DNA of 64,000 nucleotides from Actinomycetota bacterium (GTDB lineage: Bacteria; Actinomycetota; AC-67), in contig JBKKBZ010000101.1 in assembly GCA_046713235.1 (NCBI GenBank), positions 345 to 64,344 on the forward strand, written 5' to 3'. The position numbers and the translations under genes were made by a program. The notes beneath the pieces were generated by a model. The model was not told the DNA's origin and ran no database searches. It saw only the letters and a list, made by a program, of their open reading frames with translations. This document shows positions 49,439-57,829 of this stretch, piece by piece. Each line of letters starts with the position of its first letter. The first letter of the stretch is position 1.

Positions 49439-49924
49439 GGCGTCATCGCGCTCCGGGCCTTTCAGTGTTCGACTCTTGATGTAGTCGCAAACCCTATCGG
49501 CTTTGGTTTGTAGGTGGAACCATTCGGCTGCGTTCCACTTCTGCACCGCTACCGCGGTGACCTCTTCGCCATCCGCGCGTCGGATGGTGAGGCCGTAGTA
49601 GCCAGGCTCGCAATCGAGGATTTCTGGCCATGAGATGAGCAGGATGCGAAATGGATTGCGGATGTAGAGGCCCTCCTCGCGGGCCTCGATGTAGGGCACG
49701 ATCGTAATGCGCCAGAGAAGGATGAGCGGACCGGCGATGATTGGTAACGCCAGGAAACCCCAGCCGGGCCATTCTTCTCCGAACCAATCGCCCCATCCCG
49801 GTGAGGTGATCGCCCAGATCATGAGAGCGATGGCGCCGAGGAGGCCCGCGAGGATGACTGCTCCGGCAACTGCGCGTAATGCAAGCGCTGGCCTCCACGG
49901 GAGCGGCTGCTGAGTCGAGGACAT
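49433..49924 (-). CDS. cassette 1: membrane protein with bacterial PH-like (bPH_2/YdbS-like) domain
   Basis: Two TM helices, then a PH-like C-terminus. ATG 13 nt after a GTTAAAC junction box. Stop TAA inside the attC box. Confidence 0.5.
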   Translation of the reverse strand: MSSTQQPLPWRPALALRAVAGAVILAGLLGAIALMIWAITSPGWGDWFGEEWPGWGFLALPIIAGPLILLWRITIVPYIEAREEGLYIRNPFRILLISWPEILDCEPGYYGLTIRRADGEEVTAVAVQKWNAAEWFHLQTKADRVCDYIKSRTLKGPERDDAV

Positions 49925-49943
49925 TCGAACTTGTCCGTTTAAC

Positions 49944-50119
49944 TCTTGTTTCTGCTGACCTGCATAGCGCACATGGCCGCAGGCTAGCACTCGATTCCGT
50001 CGGGAGCCAGACATGGCGGCAGCGCCTATAGCCTGCAGAAACAGCGTATCGGCGGCCCTGCACTCGGCGTGTTATGCCGCCTGCCGGTCGGTATAGCGCG
50101 CGGGTCGGGATAACGTGCA
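49944..50119 (-). other. putative attI region between the intI 3' end and the first cassette junction (GTTAAAC at 49937-49943 on the array strand)
   Basis: A simple junction box with no partner inverted repeat. Contains gttatgc at 50070-50076 and ggataacg motifs that could be integrase-binding repeats. Assignment is by position only. Confidence 0.35.
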
Positions 50120-51136
50120 TCAGAGGCGCCGGAGGGGTCCTGGGCGGTCCAGAGGACTCGAGACGCCCATCGCCCCCCGGTTCAGGACGTGCGTGTAGAT
50201 CATCGTGGTCCGGACGTCGCGGTGGCCGAGGAGTTCCTGGACGGTCCGGATGTCGTAGCCGTCTTCGAGCAGGTGCGTTGCGAAGGAGTGCCGGAAGGTA
50301 TGAGGGCTCACCCGCTTGCTCGAGGAAACCAGCAGGCTCGCGACGCGCACAGCCTTCTGGATCACGGACTCGTGCAGATGATGGCGGTGGCGCAACCCGG
50401 TCTCGGCGTCCCGGTAATGCGACGTCGCCGGGAACACCCATTGCCAGGGCCAGTCGGTTTCCGCGTTGGGGTACTTCCGGCGGAGCGCGGTGGGGAGAGG
50501 CGCTCGACCTAGGCCTTGGCGAAGGTCGGCCTGGTGCTGCCGTTTCACCGAGAGCAGGTGTTCGCTGAGGGACCGCCGCACCGCCCGGGGCAGCATGGTG
50601 ACGCGGTCCCTCCGTCCCTTGCCGTCTCGCACGACGATCTCGCCGCGCTGGAAGTCGAGGTCCTTGATCCGCAGCGAGAGCCCCTCGCCCAGACGGAGTC
50701 CGGTTCCGTACAGCAAGCTCGCAACGAGTCGGGGTGTTCCATCCATCGCCCGAAGAACTGAATCCACCTCTTCGCGCGCGAGCACATCGGGCAGGCGCGC
50801 GGGGCGGCACGCGCGTACCACACCCTCTATTCGATCCAAGGGTTGGTTCAGGACCTGCTCATACAGGAACAGCACCGCCGCGAGCGCTTGGTTCTGTGTG
50901 GAGGCGGAGACCTTCCCTTGGATCGCGAGATGCGACAGGAACGCGTTCACGTGGGACTCGGTGAGATCGCGGGGAGGCTTGCGGTGGAAGGCAAGGTACC
51001 GGCCGATCCAGTGGAGTTAGGCCTTCTCGGTGCGCGGACTGTAGTGCCGCGCGCGCAGCCGCTGAACGACGCGGCCCCTGAGCTCGGGGACATCATCGCG
51101 GGCGACAACACGCAGTCGACCTGCGACCGAATCCAT
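50120..51136 (-). pseudogene. intI: integron integrase IntI, interrupted by in-frame TAA (51017-51019) replacing a conserved Tyr codon
   Basis: Catalytic core intact (R...K...HTFRHSFAT...LGHRDVRTTMIYTHV) and the IntI-specific insert ALRRKYPNAETDWPWQWVFPA...RHRHH is present. The frame upstream of the stop continues as MDSVAGRLRVVARDDVPELRGRVVQRLRARHYSPRTEKA*LHWIGRYLAFH, matching the IntI N-terminus. Confidence 0.8.
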
Positions 51137-51469
51137 GGGCGGATCTTGGGAGCCTCAGTAGGACGCGTCAAGAAGCGGAAGAGTGCGAGAACGCGCCCTG
51201 TGCGCCAAGGGGGAGCACTGACCAGAGCGTGTCGTCGCCGGCTTACGCCTCGACCTCCAAGGTGACGTGCTCGGACAGGATCTCTGCGACACTCGGGCGT
51301 ACACTCATCCTCGCAGGCTCCGGCTCGGGTGCCCCTTGTGGGTCAACTGACCGCTTGGCGGTCTCATACGGAGGGAGCACGCTCTCTCCACTAGATCCCG
51401 CGGCCAGGAGCCCACGCACTCAACCGAAGGACACCAGATCGTGAAAACTACAACTCGTCTGGTCGTTAG

Positions 51470-51554
51470 TGCCCGGGGCAGGTCTCGATCCTGCACGCCC
51501 CCGGAGGGGCAGCGGATTTTAAGTCCGCCGCGTCTGCCGTTTCGCCACCCGGGC
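51470..51554 (-). tRNA. tRNA-Leu (anticodon UAA), long variable arm
   Basis: Manual fold: acceptor GCCCGGG/CCCGGGC, D-arm TGGCGAAACGGCAGACGC, anticodon stem-loop GCGGA-CTTAAAA-TCCGC, long variable arm, T-arm GCAGG-ATCGAGA-CCTGC. T-loop position 54 is A. Confidence 0.75.
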
Positions 51555-51592
51555 CGGCCTCGATGCTACCCGGCGACCCGACCGCCGCGCGG

Positions 51593-53458
51593 CTAGATCG
51601 CGGCGCGGCTGAACTGGGTCTCGTACAGCTCGGTGTACGTGCCGCCGGCGCCGACGAGGTCGGCATGGCGGCCGCGCTCCACGATCCTGCCGCCGTCCAC
51701 CACGAGGATCTCGTCGGCCGCCACGATCGTCGACAGCCGGTGCGCGATCACGATGGACGTTCGGCTCGCCAGCGCATGGCCGAGCGCCCGCTGGATCAAC
51801 GCCTCGGACTCCGAATCCAGATGCGACGTCGCCTCGTCCAGGATCACGATCGCCGCGTCCTTGAGCAGCACCCGCGCGATCGCCAGGAGATGCTTCTCCC
51901 CGCCCGACAGCCGGTAGCCGCGCTCGCCCACCACGGTCCGGTAACCGTCGGGCAGCGACGCGATGAGGTCGTGGATCTGGGCCGCGCTGCACGCCTGGAC
52001 GATCTCCTCGTCGGTCGCCTCCGGCCGCGAGTAGCGCAGGTTGGCGCCGATCGTGTCGTGGAACATGTGCGGATCCTGGGTCACGATCCCGATCGAGGCG
52101 GCCAGCGAAGTCATCGTCACGTCGCGAACGTCCATGCCGTCGATCCGTACTGCGCCCTGCGTGACGTCGTAAATCCGCGGGATCAGCATGGAAATCGTGG
52201 TCTTGCCGGCACCCGAAGGACCCACGAGCGCCACCGTCTCGCCCGGCTCAACCCCGAAGGAAACATCGCGCAGCACCCAATCCGACGGGCGGGATTCCAG
52301 CTCCGTCATGCCCTCCTCCAGCGAGGGAATCGACACCTCGGCACCGGGCGGGTAACGGAACCGCACCCCGTCGAACTCGATCTTTCCGGACGGCCGCTGC
52401 AGCGGCACCGCGCCCTTGCGGTCCCGGATCGGATGCGGGAGATCGAGCACCTCGAAGACCCGTTCGAAGGACACAAACGCCGTCAGCAGATCCACGCGCG
52501 CGTTCGTGAGCTGCGTCAGAGGGCCGTAGAGCTGGGCGATGTACACCGCAAAGGCCGCCACCGTGCCGGCCTGAATGGCTCCGTCGAACACGAGCCTCCC
52601 GCCGAACCAGTACACGACCGCAGTGCCCACAGCGGCCACCAGCCCTAAAATCATGAAGAAACTGCGTGCGAACAGCGCGATCTGAATTCCGATGTCGCGG
52701 AGTCCGCGCGCGCGACCCTGGAAGTCCTCCTTCTCCTGCGACGGCCGGCCGAACAGCTTGACCAGCAGGGCCCCGGCGACGTTGAAGCGCTCGGTCATCA
52801 TGCTGTTCAACCGCGCGTTGAGCTGCATCTGCTCGCGCGTCGCGGACTGAATGCGCTCGCCCAGGCGGCGTGTCGGGAGGATGAACAGCGGGAGCATGGC
52901 CAGCGACAGGACCGTGAGTCTCCACTCCAGAGCCAGCATGACGATCAGCGTCGAGAACACGCTGATGACGTTGGAGGTGACGCTGCCGAGCGTTCCGGTG
53001 ACGGCGTTCTGGGCCCCGATGACGTCGTTGTTGAGCCGGCTGATCAGCGCTCCGGTATGCGTCCGGGTGAAGAACGCCAGCGGCATCCGCTGGACGTGAG
53101 CAAAGAGCGAGGACCGCAGATCAAAGATGAGTCCCTCACCGACCCGCGACGAGAAGAACCGCGCGCCGAGCGACAGCAGGGCCGACCCCAGGGCCACACC
53201 GATCGCCGCGATAGCCAGCCAGTTGAGGCCGGCGGAGTCCCGCTTCGGTAGCACATGGTCGATCAGGCTCCGAAGCAGCAGGGGTGGAACAACGGCAAGA
53301 AACGACCCGGCGACCGTGATCAGCAAGAACAGGATGATCTGCTTCCGGTACGGTTTGGCGAAGCTGAGCGCGCGGGCAATGACCTCACGCGGCAGCTTGC
53401 GGCCCTTGACATCGAGACGCGAACCGAACGGCCCCCGGCCGGCATGTATTGGGAACAT
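51593..53458 (-). CDS. ABC transporter, fused permease + ATPase (exporter, MsbA-like)
   Basis: Six-TM domain, then Walker A GPSGAGKTT, signature LSGGEKHLLAIARVLL and Walker B ILDEATS. Confidence 0.85.
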   Translation of the reverse strand: MFPIHAGRGPFGSRLDVKGRKLPREVIARALSFAKPYRKQIILFLLITVAGSFLAVVPPLLLRSLIDHVLPKRDSAGLNWLAIAAIGVALGSALLSLGARFFSSRVGEGLIFDLRSSLFAHVQRMPLAFFTRTHTGALISRLNNDVIGAQNAVTGTLGSVTSNVISVFSTLIVMLALEWRLTVLSLAMLPLFILPTRRLGERIQSATREQMQLNARLNSMMTERFNVAGALLVKLFGRPSQEKEDFQGRARGLRDIGIQIALFARSFFMILGLVAAVGTAVVYWFGGRLVFDGAIQAGTVAAFAVYIAQLYGPLTQLTNARVDLLTAFVSFERVFEVLDLPHPIRDRKGAVPLQRPSGKIEFDGVRFRYPPGAEVSIPSLEEGMTELESRPSDWVLRDVSFGVEPGETVALVGPSGAGKTTISMLIPRIYDVTQGAVRIDGMDVRDVTMTSLAASIGIVTQDPHMFHDTIGANLRYSRPEATDEEIVQACSAAQIHDLIASLPDGYRTVVGERGYRLSGGEKHLLAIARVLLKDAAIVILDEATSHLDSESEALIQRALGHALASRTSIVIAHRLSTIVAADEILVVDGGRIVERGRHADLVGAGGTYTELYETQFSRAAI

Positions 53459-53499
53459 GGCGAGCAGTATAGGGCGGCCGCACGACGGCCGAGCCGCTG

Positions 53500-53943
53500 C
53501 TAGGACGTCGCGGCGTTTGCCATCCTGCGGGCCAGCTCCGCCAGCATGGCGATCGCGATCTTCGGCTCTTCCTCGAGCAGCGTATGAAAATCGAAGCGGC
53601 TGATCGCCAGGCAGCGCACCGGGGTCTTGGCCCGGACCCGCGCCGTCCGCGGGATGCCCTCGGCGAGCAGCGATAGCTCGCCGATGAATTCCCCCGGGCC
53701 GTGCTCCAGCTTCTTGCCGCCGGGGAGATCGACGACGACCTCACCCTCCTCGATCACAAAGAGTCCCGAACCCTCCATGCGAGCCTCGGCGAGCACGTGC
53801 CCGGCCGCTGCCTCGAACTCCGTTCCGAGCTTGACAATGCGCCGGAGGGCACGGTCGGTGAGCCCACCGAACAACGGGATAGAGCGCAGGCGCTCTATCC
53901 GGTCGGCAGCGGTCGGTTTAGCCACGGCGCACCTTCCTACCAC
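53500..53943 (-). CDS. cyclic-nucleotide-binding domain protein (stand-alone cNMP-binding)
   Basis: GELSLL...RTARVRA cNMP-binding signature. No DNA-binding domain. Confidence 0.7.
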   Translation of the reverse strand: MVGRCAVAKPTAADRIERLRSIPLFGGLTDRALRRIVKLGTEFEAAAGHVLAEARMEGSGLFVIEEGEVVVDLPGGKKLEHGPGEFIGELSLLAEGIPRTARVRAKTPVRCLAISRFDFHTLLEEEPKIAIAMLAELARRMANAATS

Positions 53944-54021
53944 GCCTTCCGTCCCCGCGCGACTCGCCGCCGGCTCGTCACCGCCGCTAGGCTTCGCCGG
54001 TCACCCCGAAGGGAGAACGGC

Positions 54022-54444
54022 ATGCAAAGCGTAGACGACGTCGTATCGATCATCGCCGGCCTCGCGTTGTTCGCGGATCTGTCTCGTCCGGAGCTGGAGC
54101 AAGTCGCCCACACGTTCGACGAGGCGATGTTCGCGGAGGGCGAGCGCATCCTGCGCCAGGGCTTCGCCGGCAGCTCGTTCTACGTAATCCTCGACGGCGA
54201 AGCCGCGGTGAACATCGACGGCGTCGAAGCGGCGCGCCTTGCCCGCGGGGATTTCTTCGGAGAGATCTCCGCGCTCCTCGGCGAGACGCCGACGGCCGAC
54301 GTCGTCGCGTTGCGACCGCTCCGCTGTCTGGTGCTTTCCGGCGAGGAGCTTCCGGTGTTTCTGACCTCCAAGCCGCAGGTGATGCTCCGAATGCTGCAGG
54401 CCGAGGCACGCCGGCTTCGTTCGAACATCCAGTGGCGCAATTGA
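54022..54444 (+). CDS. cyclic-nucleotide-binding domain protein (stand-alone)
   Basis: GEISALLG...PTADVVA cNMP signature. ATG preceded by GGGAGAA. Divergent from the previous gene. Confidence 0.7.
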   Translation: MQSVDDVVSIIAGLALFADLSRPELEQVAHTFDEAMFAEGERILRQGFAGSSFYVILDGEAAVNIDGVEAARLARGDFFGEISALLGETPTADVVALRPLRCLVLSGEELPVFLTSKPQVMLRMLQAEARRLRSNIQWRN

Positions 54445-55937
54445 CCGAACCCCCCTTCCCGCCCGGCGACTATCCGGTCGTCATCCTCGGCAGCGGCCCG
54501 GGCGGGCTGCAAGTCTCCTACGACCTCCGTCGCCTGGGCGTCGATCATGCGCTGCTGTCGGAGGACGAGGCACCGGGAGGCATGTTCCGCCGCTTCCCGT
54601 TGTTTCAGCGCCTCATCACATGGACGAAGCTCTACGCTCCGGCCGAGCGCGGCACGCGCGCTTACGAGTGGTACGACTGGAACAGCCTAATCGCCGCGGA
54701 GCCGGAGCAACGCGCCCTCGTTCCGCAGTTCATGGACGGCACGTCCTACTTTCCGGCTCGCGCCGAGATGGAGCAGGGGCTGGCCGCCTTCGCCGACGGC
54801 TCCGGGATCCGCGTGCGAAGCGGCTGCCGCTGGGAGTCGACGAGCCGGGATGAGCACGGATTCGCGGTGCACACTTCCGACGGCGATTACCGGTGCCGCG
54901 CACTGGTCGTCGCCGTGGGGATGACCGAGCCGTGGAAGCCGGACATCCCCGGTCTCGACCTTGTGCCGCACTATGTGGAGACCAAACCGGCACCCGAATT
55001 CGCGGGAAAGCGCGTCTTCATCATCGGCAAGCGCAATTCCGGATTCGAGATCGCCGACGCGCTTTTGCCGTGGGCCACTCAGATCGTGCTCGGGTCGCCG
55101 CGTCCCGCCCGGATCTCCGTGCTGATCCATTCGACCGCCGGAGCCCGGGCGCGATACCTCCAGCCCTACGAGGACCACGTCCTCGGAGGCGGCAACCTGG
55201 TGATCGACGCCGCAATCGAAAGAGTGGAGCGCACGAACGGCTGCTACCGCGTCTTTGCGAAGGGTACGACCCGGCCGGGCGATCTCGAGTTCGAGGTCGA
55301 CGAGGTGATCGCCGCGACCGGCTTCGGCACGCCGTTACGCGATCTGGCGGATCTCGGCGTCAAGACCTTCTATCAAGGACGTCTGCCGGCCCAGACCCCG
55401 TTCTGGGAGAGCGCCACCGTGCCGGGAATCTTCTTCGCCGGCTCGATCACTCAGGGCGCGATCGGCTTGAAGAAGTACGGCATCCCGAGCAACTCCGCGG
55501 CCGTTCACGGGTTCCGCTACAACGCCCGGGTGATGGCGCGCCACCTGGCTGCGACGCGCTTCGGCATCGAGCGGGATCGCACGCCGGTACCGCCAGACCG
55601 TGTCGTGCCGTATCTGCTCGATGAGGCAACGCGCGCGCCCGAGCTGTGGAATCAGCAGGCGTACCTCACGCGCGTGCTTTCGCTGGGAGATCAAGGTATC
55701 GCCGACGAGGGTATCCTTCCGCTGGCGCACTTCGTAGACGCGAGCGGACCGGACGCCGTCGCGATCTCGGTCGAAACCGGCGCCGACGGCGACATTCATC
55801 CGGCGGTCTACCTGCGCCGTGGGGGCCGGGTAGACGAACACCTGTTGCCCGGGAGTCCCTTGCTCGAATTCGACACCAGCGAGCACCACGCCGAGTTGAA
55901 GAGCCACCTGAAGGCGTTCATCGAGTCCGGGAGGTAG
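54432..55937 (+). CDS. FAD/NAD(P)-binding oxidoreductase (flavin monooxygenase / pyridine nucleotide-disulfide oxidoreductase-like)
   Basis: VVILGSGPGG dinucleotide-binding motif and a second RVFIIGKRNSG motif. Confidence 0.65.
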   Translation: MAQLTEPPFPPGDYPVVILGSGPGGLQVSYDLRRLGVDHALLSEDEAPGGMFRRFPLFQRLITWTKLYAPAERGTRAYEWYDWNSLIAAEPEQRALVPQFMDGTSYFPARAEMEQGLAAFADGSGIRVRSGCRWESTSRDEHGFAVHTSDGDYRCRALVVAVGMTEPWKPDIPGLDLVPHYVETKPAPEFAGKRVFIIGKRNSGFEIADALLPWATQIVLGSPRPARISVLIHSTAGARARYLQPYEDHVLGGGNLVIDAAIERVERTNGCYRVFAKGTTRPGDLEFEVDEVIAATGFGTPLRDLADLGVKTFYQGRLPAQTPFWESATVPGIFFAGSITQGAIGLKKYGIPSNSAAVHGFRYNARVMARHLAATRFGIERDRTPVPPDRVVPYLLDEATRAPELWNQQAYLTRVLSLGDQGIADEGILPLAHFVDASGPDAVAISVETGADGDIHPAVYLRRGGRVDEHLLPGSPLLEFDTSEHHAELKSHLKAFIESGR

Positions 55938-55942
55938 ACGAC

Positions 55943-56368
55943 GTGCAAGCGCTAACCGATGATGAGCTGCGTCACATCTATGCCGATACGAAGACGATCG
56001 CCGTCGTCGGCGCCTCGACCGACGAAAACAAGCCGGGCCACAACATCCCCGCGTACCTTCAGAGCCAGGGTTTCCGGATCATCCCGGTGAGCCCCAAGGC
56101 GGGCGAGATCTTGGGCGAGAAAGTCTATCCCTCCCTCGAGGCGATCGACGTGCCGGTGGACGCCGTCGACGTCTTCCGGCCGTCGGAGGAGACACCGGAT
56201 ATCGCGCGCAAGGCGGTGGCGATGGGAGCGAAGGTGCTGTGGCTGCAGACGGGGATCGAATCCGAGGAAGCCGCCCGGATCGCAGAGGAGGGCGGGCTGA
56301 CGTGGGTGATGAACCGGTGCATGGGCGTAACCCACGGCCAGCTCGACCTCGGGCCCGGACCGCACTGA
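55943..56368 (+). CDS. CoA-binding domain protein (YccU/YneT-like)
   Basis: KTIAVVGASTDENKPGHNIP ... AKVLWLQTG is a CoA_binding_2 signature. GTG start after a GGGAGG RBS. Confidence 0.75.
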   Translation: MQALTDDELRHIYADTKTIAVVGASTDENKPGHNIPAYLQSQGFRIIPVSPKAGEILGEKVYPSLEAIDVPVDAVDVFRPSEETPDIARKAVAMGAKVLWLQTGIESEEAARIAEEGGLTWVMNRCMGVTHGQLDLGPGPH

Positions 56369-56369
56369 G

Positions 56370-56594
56370 TCAGTCCGGCGCCGATTCGAGCACCGAGCGC
56401 ACGATCTCACGCGCTTCGTCCAGACGCTCGCGCTCGACGAAGAGCCGCACGCCCCAATCTCCCATGAAGACGAATCGTGCGATGGCGCCGGCTTGCTTGT
56501 GCCACCAGGTGATGCCGGCCTTCTCAAGGCGCGCGGCGATGGCGTTCGACGCCTCCCAGGTGAACTGACCGAGATAGACCGTCGCCGCGCCCAC
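56370..56594 (-). CDS. small hypothetical protein (74 aa)
   Basis: Compact ORF between convergent genes. No family recognised. Confidence 0.35.
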   Translation of the reverse strand: MGAATVYLGQFTWEASNAIAARLEKAGITWWHKQAGAIARFVFMGDWGVRLFVERERLDEAREIVRSVLESAPD

Positions 56595-56598
56595 TAGG

Positions 56599-57741
56599 TT
56601 ACAGCGTGTTGAGATCGTCGAGGCGGCCCCAGTCGGCCGGCTCGGTCGTGCGGTAGTCGTACATACTCCCGCCTAGAACACGCATCTCGCGCGCGGCGCG
56701 CACGAAATCGGCGACCTCGGCGTCGGCCACATTGTCGGCAACCCCACCGGCGATGTTCACCGGAAGCGTATTTCCTGTGAGCTTGCGCGTCTCGGAGATG
56801 TTTCCCTTCGTGTAGCCGTAGGCGCAGTGCTCGGGCACCTCGGGACAGTCATCACGATAGGACCAGTACGACATCGGCATGACGACGTTGAATCCTTTGG
56901 CGAACTCCGTCCAAGGGAATCCGGTCCAGTGTGCCGGACGGATCGCCATCCCGAGCGGTGGCGGCGTTATCGCGGCCATCGGAAACCGCGCACCGATGAG
57001 ATGCCGAACGCGAAGCGAGTGCGTGATGATGCCGCGGTTCCAGTCCTCCTGCGTCATGGTCTGGGATGGGGGAACTCCGTCGCAGGACGATCCCTTCAAC
57101 TCGCACTTGTCCTCGATGTCGACACCGATCCCATCGAAGCCCTGGCCGTCGGAGGTCCGGAAGCGCGCGATGGCGACCGTTCGGTTCACGTCGCGGTCCA
57201 TGTTTCCATAGCCGGGCAGGTACCAGCCGACGATCTTCATGCCGTTCGCATGCGCGGCCCGCACCCAGGCGGCCAGGGCGCCGGCGTCTTTGAAGTCTCC
57301 CGGCAGCGTGTAGCGCCCTGTTTGGATGAAAAGGGCGCGGACTCCTTTCGACCGCATCGCGGCCGCGGAGTCCTCGGGATCGAGTCCGTAGTCGTAGACG
57401 TCAACCCAAGTCGCAAGGCGACGGAAGGCCGTCAGATCCAATCCCGAGACGGCAGCCGCCCTGGGCTTCGGTCTCGGTCTCGCCGCGACGGCCGGCTTCG
57501 GCGACGGCTTGAGGAAGAGCTTCGGCGACGGGGACGGTTTCGGCGACGGGGACGGCGATGGGGACGGGGTCGGGGACGGCTCGAAGGACGGAAGCTCCAG
57601 CGGCGACGACACGGCGAGCGGCGCCCGCGGCGGCGGCTCGTAACGGACGTAGGCCAGCATGACGGCCAGCGCAGAAGAAACCACCATCGCGACGACGAGC
57701 GCCACATGGATCGGCGAACGAAACGAGCGAGGAATCCTCAT
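56599..57741 (-). CDS. membrane-anchored glycoside-hydrolase-like TIM-barrel protein (GHL family) with Pro/Ser-rich linker
   Basis: TM helix, then PSPTPSPSPSPSPKPSPSP linker, then a GH-like domain (GVRALFIQTGRYT, GMKIVGWYLPGY, GFDGIGVDIE). Confidence 0.5.
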   Translation of the reverse strand: MRIPRSFRSPIHVALVVAMVVSSALAVMLAYVRYEPPPRAPLAVSSPLELPSFEPSPTPSPSPSPSPKPSPSPKLFLKPSPKPAVAARPRPKPRAAAVSGLDLTAFRRLATWVDVYDYGLDPEDSAAAMRSKGVRALFIQTGRYTLPGDFKDAGALAAWVRAAHANGMKIVGWYLPGYGNMDRDVNRTVAIARFRTSDGQGFDGIGVDIEDKCELKGSSCDGVPPSQTMTQEDWNRGIITHSLRVRHLIGARFPMAAITPPPLGMAIRPAHWTGFPWTEFAKGFNVVMPMSYWSYRDDCPEVPEHCAYGYTKGNISETRKLTGNTLPVNIAGGVADNVADAEVADFVRAAREMRVLGGSMYDYRTTEPADWGRLDDLNTL

Positions 57742-57829
57742 GGCATTACTCGAAGAAAACCAGTATGTCGGCCACCCCTCAACGCGGCAACCACCTTGCT
57801 CGACGCGGTGCTCGCCTCGGAAGTTGCCA

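Larger units (their letters stand above)
42675..51136 (-). mobile_element. integron: intI (interrupted) + putative attI + 11 gene cassettes each ending in an attC
   Basis: Repeated imperfect-palindromic elements follow every small minus-strand gene, with boxes ...AAC and GTT... approximating RYYYAAC and GTTRRRY. A tyrosine recombinase carrying the IntI-specific insert sits at 50120-51136. Confidence 0.85.
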
